Made by a program: the position numbers and the translations under genes
The notes under the pieces: model-generated
Told to the model about the DNA's origin: nothing
Database searches by the model: none
The model's input: the letters and a program-made list of their open reading frames with translations, nothing else
In this document: one piece after another, positions 26,914 through 35,980 of the stretch
Layout: every line of letters starts with the position of its first letter
Numbering within the stretch: position 1 is the stretch's first letter
Origin: a virus
Virus record (IMG/VR): IMGVR_UViG_3300020187_003193
DNA length: 64,000 bases
Direction: 5' to 3' (one strand)

Positions 26914-28053
26914 ATGTCAAACACAAAGTTTTTCAACGATGCAATCGCTGAGGCTAAAGCTATCCGTGAAACGGCTCTTGCTAACGCTAAGCTTGCATTA
27001 GAAGAAGCTTTCACTCCACAGATTCAATCTATGCTAGAGAAAAAATTAGCAGAAGAAGCTGATGATATGGATGAAGCAAAAGACATGGACGAAGCAAAGG
27101 AAATGGACGAAGCAAAAGACATGGACGAGGCGAAAAAAGACGTAGATGAAGCAAAATCCGATATGGACGAAGCTAAAAAAGACGTTGATGAAGCCAAAGA
27201 CATGGACGAAGCTAAGGATATGGACGAAGCTAAGGACGTGGAAGAAGGAAAAGACATGGAAGAAGCTAAAAAAGATGTAGACGAAGCTAAAGTAGAGGAA
27301 TCTACTGTAGAAGAAGCTGCTGTCGAAGAAGGCTCTGACATGGAAGAAGGATCAATTGAAGAAATTGACCTAGACGAACTATTAGCTGAATTAGAAGCTG
27401 CAGAAGGCCAAGTTGCTGAAACTGCTGTTGAAGAGGTAGCTGTAGAAGAAACTGCTGTAGAAGAAGCACCTGTAGTTGAAGCGGAAGCTGAAGACGAAGT
27501 AGGTGAAATTACAGTAGATGAGCTTAAAGACATTATCCGTGACGTCCTTGCTGATGTAATGGGTGGTGGAGCTGGAGAAGAAGAAATGGAAGATCTTGGT
27601 GACCTAGAAGGTGGCGAAGAAATGGAAATGGGCGACGAAGAAGCTGAACTTGAATTAGAAGGTAAAAAAGAAGTTGAAGAGAAAAAAGAAGTTGAGGAAG
27701 CTAAGGCTGAATTAAACGAAGCTATTTCTGTAATCAATACTCTAAAATCTGAGCTAAACGAAGTTAACTTACTTAACGCAAAACTTCTTTACGTGAACAA
27801 ATTGTTCCGCAGCAAAACATTAACTGAAGCACAGAAAGTAAAAGTGATCAATGCATTTGATCGTGCTGAATCTGTGAAAGAAGTTAAAAACATCTTTGAA
27901 ACAATCAAAGATTCAGTTACTATTGAAGCTAAAAAGCCAGTAAACGAATCTCGTTCATTTGCTTCTAAAGCTGCTGGAGTAGCACCAAAAACGCAAATTG
28001 TAGAAAGCAACGATTTTGTAGCTAGAATGCAAAAAATTGCTGGAATTATTTAA
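26914..28053 (+). CDS. Prohead scaffold/core protein (T4 gp22-like position)
   Basis: Very acidic; lies between protease and MCP; C-terminal LNEVNLLNAKLLY...RAESVKEVK. Confidence 0.85.
   Translation: MSNTKFFNDAIAEAKAIRETALANAKLALEEAFTPQIQSMLEKKLAEEADDMDEAKDMDEAKEMDEAKDMDEAKKDVDEAKSDMDEAKKDVDEAKDMDEAKDMDEAKDVEEGKDMEEAKKDVDEAKVEESTVEEAAVEEGSDMEEGSIEEIDLDELLAELEAAEGQVAETAVEEVAVEETAVEEAPVVEAEAEDEVGEITVDELKDIIRDVLADVMGGGAGEEEMEDLGDLEGGEEMEMGDEEAELELEGKKEVEEKKEVEEAKAELNEAISVINTLKSELNEVNLLNAKLLYVNKLFRSKTLTEAQKVKVINAFDRAESVKEVKNIFETIKDSVTIEAKKPVNESRSFASKAAGVAPKTQIVESNDFVARMQKIAGII
27064..27300 (+). repeat. Tandem (D/E)(M/V)(D/E)EAK repeats in the scaffold
   Basis: About 13 degenerate 5-6-aa units read directly. 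Confidence 0.9.
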
Positions 28054-28076
28054 ATTAAAAAAACACATTATTTAAA

Positions 28077-29711
28077 ATGTCAAACGTAGTAAATCAATTA
28101 TTAGAAACTGCCAACCCTTATCAGTCTGTACAAAAAGATGCAGCTAGATTAGCAGGGAAATGGGCAAAATCAGGTTTATTAGAAGGAATTTCTAATGACA
28201 CTGACAAAGCTAACATGTCTATCATGTTAGAAAACCAAGCTAAACAGCTTGTAATGGAAGCTAACACAACTGGAACAGGAGCGTCTTTCACTGCTGGAAC
28301 AGGTGAGCAATACGCTGCAGTAGCTTTACCATTAGTAAGAAAGGTATTCGGACAAATCGCTGCTAAAGAATTCGTTTCTGTACAGCCAATGTCTTTACCT
28401 GCTGGATTAGTATTTTACTTAGATTTCCAATATGGAACTACTAAGAAGCCATTCACTTCAGGAGATTCAATGTACGGAACTCCATCTGAAAACTTTGGTA
28501 ACCAAGCTGCAGGTGGATTATACGGTGCTGGAAGATTTGGTTACTCTGTTAATGAACACACTGCTTCTGTTACTGGTACGCCTGCAACGGCATCTTGGGC
28601 TGATGTAAACTTTACTAGCGAACTATCAGCTTCTGCGGCTACAGGTTCATTGAAAAGCATCACAATTACTTCTGCTTCTATTTCTGCTAATTTAGATGGA
28701 GATGCTGTTCGTTCATTTGTAGTATCTTCTGGTTCTATACTAGAAACTCTTCAATTGCCTGCATTTACAAGTCAAGCTGCATCAGGAGATGTTACTTTTA
28801 TATTTGATAACTTTGAAGGAAATGATTCAAGAATTCAAACTGGTAGTCAAACTTTAAATGTTACTTATTCTAAGAAAACTGCTGATAATGCACGTGGTGA
28901 TTTCGAAGATGGTTCAACATTAGCAACTACTGATCCGTCAAGAACTGCCATTTCTATCCCAGAAATCGATGTTCAAATGAGATCTGAAACTATTGCTGCT
29001 AAAACAAGAAAATTGAAAGCACAATGGACACCAGAATTCTCTCAGGATCTTAACGCGTTCCATTCAATCGACGCTGAGGCTGAATTAACTTCAATCTTAT
29101 CAGAATACATTTCTTTAGAAATCGATTTAGAGATCTTAGATATGTTGATTGAAAACGCTCCAACAACTGAAGTATGGTCTGCGAAAGTAGGAAACCAACT
29201 TAACGCTGGTGGAACTGGATTCGATTCTAACACATCTGGTGTATACTATACTCAAATGAGCTGGTTCCAAACTCTTGGAATTAAATTACAAAAAGTATCT
29301 AACATCATTCACCAAAGAACATTAAGAGGTGGAGCTAACTTTATGGTAGTTTCTCCAACTGTAGCAACTATCTTGGAATCAATTCCTGGATTCGCTGCTG
29401 ATACTGATGGTGATGTAACTAAAGCTTCTTACGCTTTTGGTGTACAGAAAATCGGTGCTTTAAACAGCCGTTACAAAGTGTACAAGAACCCATATATGAC
29501 TGAAAACACCATTTTAATGGGCTTCAGAGGTAACCAATTCTTAGAATCAGGTGCTGTATATGCTCCATATGTACCACTTATCATGACTCCATTAGTGTAC
29601 GATCCAAATACCTTCACTCCAAGAAAAGGTATCATGACACGTTACGCTAAGAAAATGGTAAGACCAGAATTCTACGGAAAAGTGTTCGTATCTGACTTAA
29701 ACGTAATCTAA
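28077..29711 (+). CDS. gp23: Major capsid protein (T4 gp23-like)
   Basis: KW..SGLLEG, LPLVR.VF, SVQPM..P.GLVFYLDF, AKTRKLKAQWTPE.SQDL.A.H, YAPYVPL, TRY. Confidence 0.97.
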   Translation: MSNVVNQLLETANPYQSVQKDAARLAGKWAKSGLLEGISNDTDKANMSIMLENQAKQLVMEANTTGTGASFTAGTGEQYAAVALPLVRKVFGQIAAKEFVSVQPMSLPAGLVFYLDFQYGTTKKPFTSGDSMYGTPSENFGNQAAGGLYGAGRFGYSVNEHTASVTGTPATASWADVNFTSELSASAATGSLKSITITSASISANLDGDAVRSFVVSSGSILETLQLPAFTSQAASGDVTFIFDNFEGNDSRIQTGSQTLNVTYSKKTADNARGDFEDGSTLATTDPSRTAISIPEIDVQMRSETIAAKTRKLKAQWTPEFSQDLNAFHSIDAEAELTSILSEYISLEIDLEILDMLIENAPTTEVWSAKVGNQLNAGGTGFDSNTSGVYYTQMSWFQTLGIKLQKVSNIIHQRTLRGGANFMVVSPTVATILESIPGFAADTDGDVTKASYAFGVQKIGALNSRYKVYKNPYMTENTILMGFRGNQFLESGAVYAPYVPLIMTPLVYDPNTFTPRKGIMTRYAKKMVRPEFYGKVFVSDLNVI

Positions 29712-29742
29712 TCTTAGGATTAAAAATTACCTTTATAAAATT

Positions 29743-29769
29743 AAGCCTCGCGAAAGCGGGGCTTTTTTT
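29743..29769 (+). terminator. Intrinsic terminator after MCP
   Basis: AAGCCTCGC-GAAA-GCGGGGCTT followed by a T-tract. Confidence 0.9.
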
Positions 29770-29777
29770 ATATTTAT
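29770..29777 (+). promoter_or_regulatory. ATATTTAT putative late promoter
   Basis: Motif immediately after the terminator. Confidence 0.55.
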
Positions 29778-29781
29778 ATAC

Positions 29782-30009
29782 ATGATAATCTCCGAAATAC
29801 CATTTGCTGTATTCCTTGAAAGGAATCCCTACCTAAAAGGTAGGCCTTTAAATGAACAGTTTGTACATTACAACGATTATCTACAAGTAGTTCACTTACA
29901 ACAACAAAGCATTGTAAACAGAGGAGGAGATTCCGATTTCCTTCTACAAGAAGACGGCTTTAAAATATTACAAGAAGACGGAAATTCCGGTATTTTAATA
30001 AAAACATAA
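29782..30009 (+). CDS. Small hypothetical virion protein
   Basis: 75 aa; FLLQEDGFKILQEDG repeat typical of phage fibre-attachment peptides. Confidence 0.6.
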   Translation: MIISEIPFAVFLERNPYLKGRPLNEQFVHYNDYLQVVHLQQQSIVNRGGDSDFLLQEDGFKILQEDGNSGILIKT

Positions 30010-30011
30010 TA

Positions 30012-31118
30012 ATGGCAAATTTACCTATATCTAGATTAGTATCAGGAACGCAAGCAAACGACGGCGATAAATTCGTTTACGTACAGCAAGGAATTACTAA
30101 ACAAGTTGATTATGGTGATCTTCAATCCTCTATAGTAACCGATGTAGACTATATTGACTTTAATACAAGTTCAGTAGTTACAGGTAAACCTGGTAGATTA
30201 CGTTGGAACGATGTTGACGGTACTTTAGATTTAAGTCTTAAAAATGGGAATGTAACATTACAAATTGGGCAAGAAATCAATATTAATGCATATAATAACG
30301 AAACCGCATCATTATTAGAATCAGAATATAGGGCTGTCTATGTAAGCGGTTCAGTAAGCAACTTCCCAGCAGTTAATCTAGCATCTAATTTAGATAGACG
30401 TTCTTCAGAAAATACTATAGGAATTGTAACAGAAGATATAGCAGCAGGAGAACTTGGTTATATAACAACTCAAGGAATGGTTAGAGACATTGATATGAGT
30501 GCCTACAATCCTGGCGATACTTTATACTTAGGTGCCAATGATGGGATATTATTAAATGAACCCCCTCTTCCACCTGCACTTACAGTTATTATGGGGTACT
30601 GTATAAATAACGATGCTACAACGGGTTCAATGTATGTTAATGTTAGAAGTGGATTTGAATATCCACAATATGCCATTGCATATAACTTATCTGACCATAC
30701 TGCTTCAGCTGATACAGCAACAATAATTGACTTTGATACACCTCAAGTATTAAGCGGAATATCACTCATAAGTGGTTCCCAATTTACAGTATCAACCCCA
30801 GGCCTATATGAATTTACCGTACTCTCTCAGATAAACCGAGCTGCAAGTTCGGGTACTGCTACATTATATTTTTGGGCAAAGAAAAATGGAGTAGATATTC
30901 CAAATTCAAATAATAACCAAAGTATAACGGGAAATACCGGTACTGCTGCAACCTTAATGAGTAAAAATCTTGTTATAGTATTGGAGGAAGGTGATTATGT
31001 TGAATTTTATTGGGCAACAACTGATGCTGATATGATACTAAAATATACCGCAGCAAGCTCCACCCCTACTAGACCAGCAACAGCAGCAGTAAAAGTTACA
31101 GCAACAAGGTTAAGTTAA
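30012..31118 (+). CDS. Fibre/decoration protein with C-terminal C1q/BclA-like domain
   Basis: MANLPISRL N-terminus; GTLYL capsid-cement-like middle; FTVSTPGLYEF...LEEGDYVEFYW C-terminus. Confidence 0.65.
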   Translation: MANLPISRLVSGTQANDGDKFVYVQQGITKQVDYGDLQSSIVTDVDYIDFNTSSVVTGKPGRLRWNDVDGTLDLSLKNGNVTLQIGQEININAYNNETASLLESEYRAVYVSGSVSNFPAVNLASNLDRRSSENTIGIVTEDIAAGELGYITTQGMVRDIDMSAYNPGDTLYLGANDGILLNEPPLPPALTVIMGYCINNDATTGSMYVNVRSGFEYPQYAIAYNLSDHTASADTATIIDFDTPQVLSGISLISGSQFTVSTPGLYEFTVLSQINRAASSGTATLYFWAKKNGVDIPNSNNNQSITGNTGTAATLMSKNLVIVLEEGDYVEFYWATTDADMILKYTAASSTPTRPATAAVKVTATRLS

Positions 31119-31125
31119 TATTTAT
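31118..31125 (+). promoter_or_regulatory. ATATTTAT putative late promoter
   Basis: Motif upstream of phoH. Confidence 0.6.
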
Positions 31126-31169
31126 ATAGGAACGTTCTTATATTTTATTAACTAACTAACAAACCGTTT

Positions 31170-31904
31170 ATGGCAAGTAAACCTCACACGGACGAAGTAT
31201 ATCGTCCTAAAAGAGTAGTAAAGAATCCAATTAACTTCAAAATTCAATTAAACGAAGAACAAAAAGAAGCGAAAGCCAAAATATTAGAAAACACAATAAC
31301 CCTCTTAGCAGGACAAGCAGGTTCCGGAAAAACACTTTTAGCATGTAATATAGCCTTAGATGGTTTAATGCGAAGACAATATACTAAAGTTATAATCACA
31401 CGCCCTACTGTATCGAAAGAAGATATAGGTTTCTTACCAGGCGATATGAGAGAAAAAATGGACCCGTGGGTTCAACCTATTTACCAAAATATGTTTCTCT
31501 TATATGACAAAGAAAAAATCAAAAAACTTATACAAGACGAACAAATAGAAATTGTACCTGTATCCTTCATGAGAGGACGTACGTTCGTTGATTCACTCAT
31601 CATAGTAGACGAAGCTCAAAACGTTACACACGATCAAATGGAAATGATCGCCACCCGTATTGGAAAACATTCTAAAATGGTTGTATGCGGTGATACTCAC
31701 CAAGTGGATTTAAAAAATAAAGGCGATTCTGGATTTAAATTCTTGTACAATGCTGCAAGAAAAATCAAAAACATGGAAGCCATTACCTTACTAACAAACA
31801 ACAGAGATGCCATTGTTGAGGATTTAATCAATTACTATAACGATGCGTACGATAAAAAACAAATCGTAGGTACCGCAGGTAGTAGTGGAGGCCAGAGAAA
31901 GTAA
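31170..31904 (+). CDS. phoH: PhoH-family ATPase
   Basis: GQAGSGKT, IITRP, IGFLPG, MRGRTF, IVDEAQN, GDTHQVDL. Confidence 0.95.
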   Translation: MASKPHTDEVYRPKRVVKNPINFKIQLNEEQKEAKAKILENTITLLAGQAGSGKTLLACNIALDGLMRRQYTKVIITRPTVSKEDIGFLPGDMREKMDPWVQPIYQNMFLLYDKEKIKKLIQDEQIEIVPVSFMRGRTFVDSLIIVDEAQNVTHDQMEMIATRIGKHSKMVVCGDTHQVDLKNKGDSGFKFLYNAARKIKNMEAITLLTNNRDAIVEDLINYYNDAYDKKQIVGTAGSSGGQRK

Positions 31905-31912
31905 ATATTTAT
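31905..31912 (+). promoter_or_regulatory. ATATTTAT putative late promoter
   Basis: Motif upstream of ATG 31932. Confidence 0.6.
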
Positions 31913-31931
31913 AATAAATACTCACTAAAAC

Positions 31932-32336
31932 ATGGCTGCAGGAAAATATTCTTTCTTAATAGAGCAAGGAGCTACTACTAATTTTGAAATAGTTTACAAA
32001 GATTCAACGGGAACACCTATTGATTTGACTAACTATCAAGCTAGAATGCAAGTAAGAACTCTTAAAACAGGTTCTTCTGATATATACTTAACTTTATCTT
32101 CAAGTTTACAAGAAGACGGAACAGGTTTAAGCTTAAGTGGATCTAGTGGTATAAACCCCCCCGAATCTGGATCGATTGGAATATTCATCTCAGCGGCAAC
32201 ATCTTCAGAATTAAACTTTTCTCAAGGTTACTATGACTTAGAAATAGCCACAGGTAGTGGCCCAACAGCTGTAGTAACTAGATTGTTAGAAGGAGTTGCT
32301 CAATTATCTCAACAAGTAACTACAGGATCCTTTTAA
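31932..32336 (+). CDS. Virion adaptor-like protein (BppU N-terminal-like)
   Basis: IEQGAT...PIDLTNY.ARMQVR...YYDLEI...RLLEG. Confidence 0.65.
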   Translation: MAAGKYSFLIEQGATTNFEIVYKDSTGTPIDLTNYQARMQVRTLKTGSSDIYLTLSSSLQEDGTGLSLSGSSGINPPESGSIGIFISAATSSELNFSQGYYDLEIATGSGPTAVVTRLLEGVAQLSQQVTTGSF

Positions 32337-33406
32337 TGGCTAATAAGATAACAGTAAATACAGATACAAGCCAAGTCACGGTACAAAACCCCTCTGCAAA
32401 CAATGTAGTACAGGTTAATACTCCTGGACCTCAAGGATCCCCTGGTGAACAGGGCCCACAAGGACCCGCAGGTGAAATACCTACATCAGGCTCATATAGT
32501 GGTTCATTTAGTGGATCATTTCAAGGAGACGGAACATTATTAACAGGTGTAGCTTCTCCCACAGGATCCTATACAGGTTCCTTTACAGGCTCCGTTTTAG
32601 GAGACGTAATAGGTACAGCTTCACAAGCCGTAACCGCTTCATATGCCCTATTTGCTGTATCGGCTTCACATGAGGTTACACTAGAATTATCATCTTCATT
32701 TGCTGAAACTGCATCTGTAGCATTACGTGGTGAAGGAGATTTTACAGGTAGCTTTTTAGCTACAGGAGATATTTTACCTGATGCCCATTTTGCCTATGAC
32801 ATAGGTTCATCTGAAAGGGCATTTAGAGAATTATACTTAAGTGGATCAACTATATACTTAGGTGGAAATAAACTCTCAATTAACGAAGAAGGTACCCTTA
32901 AAGTTACAAATAACGAATCAGGTGAGCAAACTCCCTCAGATCTTTCGGGTTCATTTACAGGTTCATACTTAGGTTCAGTATCAACAACAGACTTTACCTT
33001 TGATGGTGATACTTTAAACGTATTGGGAGATGTATTTGTACAAGGTACATTAGATGCTGCAACCAAAAACTTTAAAATACAGCACCCAACAATGCCTGGG
33101 TACTATTTAGTACACTCTTCACTTGAAGGACCAGAACGCGGGATGTATGTTAGAGGCAAATTAAAAACTAGCGATACAATTCACTTACCAGATTACTGGA
33201 ACGAATTAACAGACGATGTAGATATTACAGTACAACTTACTCCAATAGGAAACTCTTGTACACATTTTGTAAAATCTGTAAATAAACAAGAAATTATAGT
33301 TGGATGCGATTGCGGGGCACCACATTGTTTCTATATTGTACACGCACAACGATACAATGAAGGCAAGTTTGACGTATTACAACCCAAATGGACGAAAAAA
33401 TTATAA
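32336..33406 (+). CDS. Short fibre protein with collagen stub and C-terminal chaperone-like domain
   Basis: GPQGSPGEQGPQGPAG; SGSF/TGSF repeats; KNFKIQHP...SLEGPERG...LPDYW. Confidence 0.7.
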   Translation: MANKITVNTDTSQVTVQNPSANNVVQVNTPGPQGSPGEQGPQGPAGEIPTSGSYSGSFSGSFQGDGTLLTGVASPTGSYTGSFTGSVLGDVIGTASQAVTASYALFAVSASHEVTLELSSSFAETASVALRGEGDFTGSFLATGDILPDAHFAYDIGSSERAFRELYLSGSTIYLGGNKLSINEEGTLKVTNNESGEQTPSDLSGSFTGSYLGSVSTTDFTFDGDTLNVLGDVFVQGTLDAATKNFKIQHPTMPGYYLVHSSLEGPERGMYVRGKLKTSDTIHLPDYWNELTDDVDITVQLTPIGNSCTHFVKSVNKQEIIVGCDCGAPHCFYIVHAQRYNEGKFDVLQPKWTKKL

Positions 33407-33407
33407 T

Positions 33408-33415
33408 ATATTTAT
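33408..33415 (+). promoter_or_regulatory. ATATTTAT putative late promoter
   Basis: Motif upstream of the neck gene. Confidence 0.6.
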
Positions 33416-33428
33416 ATAAAAACACACC

Positions 33429-34577
33429 ATGAATAATCCACTTATATGGAACGGAACATCATATTTCTTCCCAGGCCAAACACCCTTTGGCTTCTACGAT
33501 AATGATTCAACTTTCCAAAATGATGCTGATAGAGTAGCTCAATTTTGTGCTACACGTTTAGGATACCCTACAGTTGATGTTGAAATGGGTAGTGGTTCAT
33601 TTTATGCATGTTTTGAAGAAGCCGTAACTACATACGGTAACGAACTTTACCTATATCAAATAAGAAACAACTTCTTAAATTTAGAAGCATCAACAACAGG
33701 TTCAACATTAAATCAATCTTTAATTAACCCTAACCTAGGTAACACAATTCGCTTAGCTGAAAATTATGCAGCCGAAGCAGGAGCTGGTGGATTCACAACA
33801 TGGCATTCAGGTGCTGTAGCGTTATCAGCTTCAGTACAAGAATACGATTTAAAACAATGGGCTGAAGATGAAGGAATTGAAGGGCCAATTGAAATAAAAG
33901 AGATATTTTACCAAAATACACCTGCAATAGTTCGATACTTCGATCCATATGCTGGTACAGGATACGGATCTCAACAATTACTTGACGTATTTGGGTTTGG
34001 AAATTACTCTCCTGCCGCGAATTTCTTACTAATGCCAATTTATTACGATATTTCTGTAATACAAGCAATAGAATTAAACGATCAAGTTAGAAAATCCGCA
34101 TATTCATTTGAACTTATCAACAATAACTTAAGAATATTCCCAATACCTAATCAAGCTGGTCAATTATTCTTCAAATACATTAAAGTAGATGAAAGAAATG
34201 CACCAACTGCACAAGGATATGATGGGGGAAACATGGTAACTGACATTTCAAATGTTCCTTATGAAAATCCTACATATCAATATATAAACGCACCTGGTAG
34301 GTACTGGATATTCGAATACACTTTAGCATTAGCAAAAGAATTACTAGGATACATTAGAGGAAAATATACTCAAGTACCAATCCCTGGAGCTGAAGTAACT
34401 TTAAACCAATCTGATCTATTATCATCAGCAACTGAATTAAAAGCGGCATTAATTGAAAAATTAAGAAACGATTTAGACGAAAATTCTAGAAGGATGCAAC
34501 TTCAACGTAAAGCAGAAGAAGCAAATTCAATGAAGGATACATTAGGTCAAGTTCCACTTCCAATCTTTATAGCATAG
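33429..34577 (+). CDS. Neck/head-tail adaptor protein (T4 gp13-like)
   Basis: RLGYP.VDVE, WIFEY.LALAKELLG.IR.KY, VTLN..DL motifs; position in the neck module. Confidence 0.8.
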   Translation: MNNPLIWNGTSYFFPGQTPFGFYDNDSTFQNDADRVAQFCATRLGYPTVDVEMGSGSFYACFEEAVTTYGNELYLYQIRNNFLNLEASTTGSTLNQSLINPNLGNTIRLAENYAAEAGAGGFTTWHSGAVALSASVQEYDLKQWAEDEGIEGPIEIKEIFYQNTPAIVRYFDPYAGTGYGSQQLLDVFGFGNYSPAANFLLMPIYYDISVIQAIELNDQVRKSAYSFELINNNLRIFPIPNQAGQLFFKYIKVDERNAPTAQGYDGGNMVTDISNVPYENPTYQYINAPGRYWIFEYTLALAKELLGYIRGKYTQVPIPGAEVTLNQSDLLSSATELKAALIEKLRNDLDENSRRMQLQRKAEEANSMKDTLGQVPLPIFIA

Positions 34578-34578
34578 T

Positions 34579-35070
34579 ATGTCATTATACGGAAGAAGCA
34601 GAGATATATCACTATTCCAGGGGCTCAACACAGAGCTCCTGCATAAAATCATCGAACAACAGGTAGGATACTACAAGGTAAAGCTAGATGACACGCCTGC
34701 CAACATGTATGGAGAGGCTCAAAATAAAACGTTTATAGGACCTGTTCTTCTTAAATGTTTATTGGATAGAGGTGCACAGACTGCAACAAACGATAATTTT
34801 GGTGTAGATAGAAACAGAACACTATCAGCTAGATTCTTAAGACAAGATCTAGTTCATTCTAGTGTGTTCCCTGAAATAGGAGATGTTATATTGTGGAACG
34901 AAGATTACTATGAAGTAGACAATATAGTTGAAAATCAACTTGTTGTAGGAAAAGATCCGTCTTATCCATATAGCGATACAGTAGACGATTTTGGTTCAAG
35001 TTTATCAATCATAGTTGAGGCACATTACACAAGACCAGAAAAACTTGGAATTAAAGAACAAAGATTATAA
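34579..35070 (+). CDS. Head closure protein (T4 gp14-like)
   Basis: NMYGEA, FPEIGDVILWNEDYYEV. Confidence 0.75.
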   Translation: MSLYGRSRDISLFQGLNTELLHKIIEQQVGYYKVKLDDTPANMYGEAQNKTFIGPVLLKCLLDRGAQTATNDNFGVDRNRTLSARFLRQDLVHSSVFPEIGDVILWNEDYYEVDNIVENQLVVGKDPSYPYSDTVDDFGSSLSIIVEAHYTRPEKLGIKEQRL

Positions 35071-35942
35071 TGGATTTTAAACCAAGACCATATACAAAAC
35101 GAGAATTCTTATCTACACTACAGAATCCATACGAAAACCCTGAAACAAAGGTTGAAGTGGCTCCTGTACAGAAGGTATCCACCGAAGTTAAACCAGGACA
35201 ACCTGAGATTAACAGAGCGGAACAGGTATCGATGAAAGACGATACAAAGAATAAAACGTTTTCAATTGGTTTAGAAGATATAGATGCTGCATTACTATAT
35301 TACTTAAAGGATGTAATTAAACCTACAGTAATGCAAAATAGTAAGCAGATAGAAGTACCTGTTATATATGGTTCTCCTGAAAGATGGAAATCGATGCAAG
35401 CCGATGGTTTCTATAGAGACAAAAATGGTAAAACAATGGTTCCTCTTATTATGTTTAAGAGAGAAAGTTTTACTAAAAACAATACACTAGGGAATAAATT
35501 AGATGGTAATAAAGTACATAACGTTCAATATTTTGAAACAACATACTCAAAAAGAAACGTATACGATAACTTTAACTTACTAAGAGATCAAAAACCTCAA
35601 AAGGAATATGTGTTGGGTATAATCCCCGATTACATTGATTTAAATTATACACTATCCATATACACTGACTTTACAGTACAAAGTAACCAATTAACGGAGG
35701 CAATAGAATTTGCAGCTCGTTCATATTGGGGCGATCCTGAAAGATTTATGTTTAGAACAAACATAGAAACATTCAGTACTCCTACATTACTTGAAAATGG
35801 CACTGATAGAGCAAACCGAGTAGATATGGCGTTGCTTGTCAATGGATATATCATACCTTCAGGTATAAACGCTGCTATGGCTGGACCAAATCCAAAATCA
35901 TATAATGTAACTAAAACAAAATTTAAAGAAAACATTGGATAA
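35070..35942 (+). CDS. Tail terminator/sheath stabiliser (T4 gp15-like)
   Basis: IEVPVIYGSPERW, P.IMFKR, IPDYIDLNYTL. Confidence 0.75.
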   Translation: MDFKPRPYTKREFLSTLQNPYENPETKVEVAPVQKVSTEVKPGQPEINRAEQVSMKDDTKNKTFSIGLEDIDAALLYYLKDVIKPTVMQNSKQIEVPVIYGSPERWKSMQADGFYRDKNGKTMVPLIMFKRESFTKNNTLGNKLDGNKVHNVQYFETTYSKRNVYDNFNLLRDQKPQKEYVLGIIPDYIDLNYTLSIYTDFTVQSNQLTEAIEFAARSYWGDPERFMFRTNIETFSTPTLLENGTDRANRVDMALLVNGYIIPSGINAAMAGPNPKSYNVTKTKFKENIG

Positions 35943-35944
35943 AT

Positions 35945-35973
35945 TTTGAATATTAAATAAAGGTTATTATATT
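35945..35973 (+). promoter_or_regulatory. sigma70-like promoter for the glycosyltransferase
   Basis: TTTGAA-N17-TATATT; spacer shares TATTAAATAAAGGTT with the primase promoter. Confidence 0.55.
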
Positions 35974-35980
35974 AAATGTT

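Noticed and set aside
27064-27300. Regularly spaced short DNA repeats resembling a CRISPR array
   Set aside because: In-frame coding repeats of the scaffold with no unique spacers; no cas operon (the 4661 nuclease is a standard phage exonuclease).
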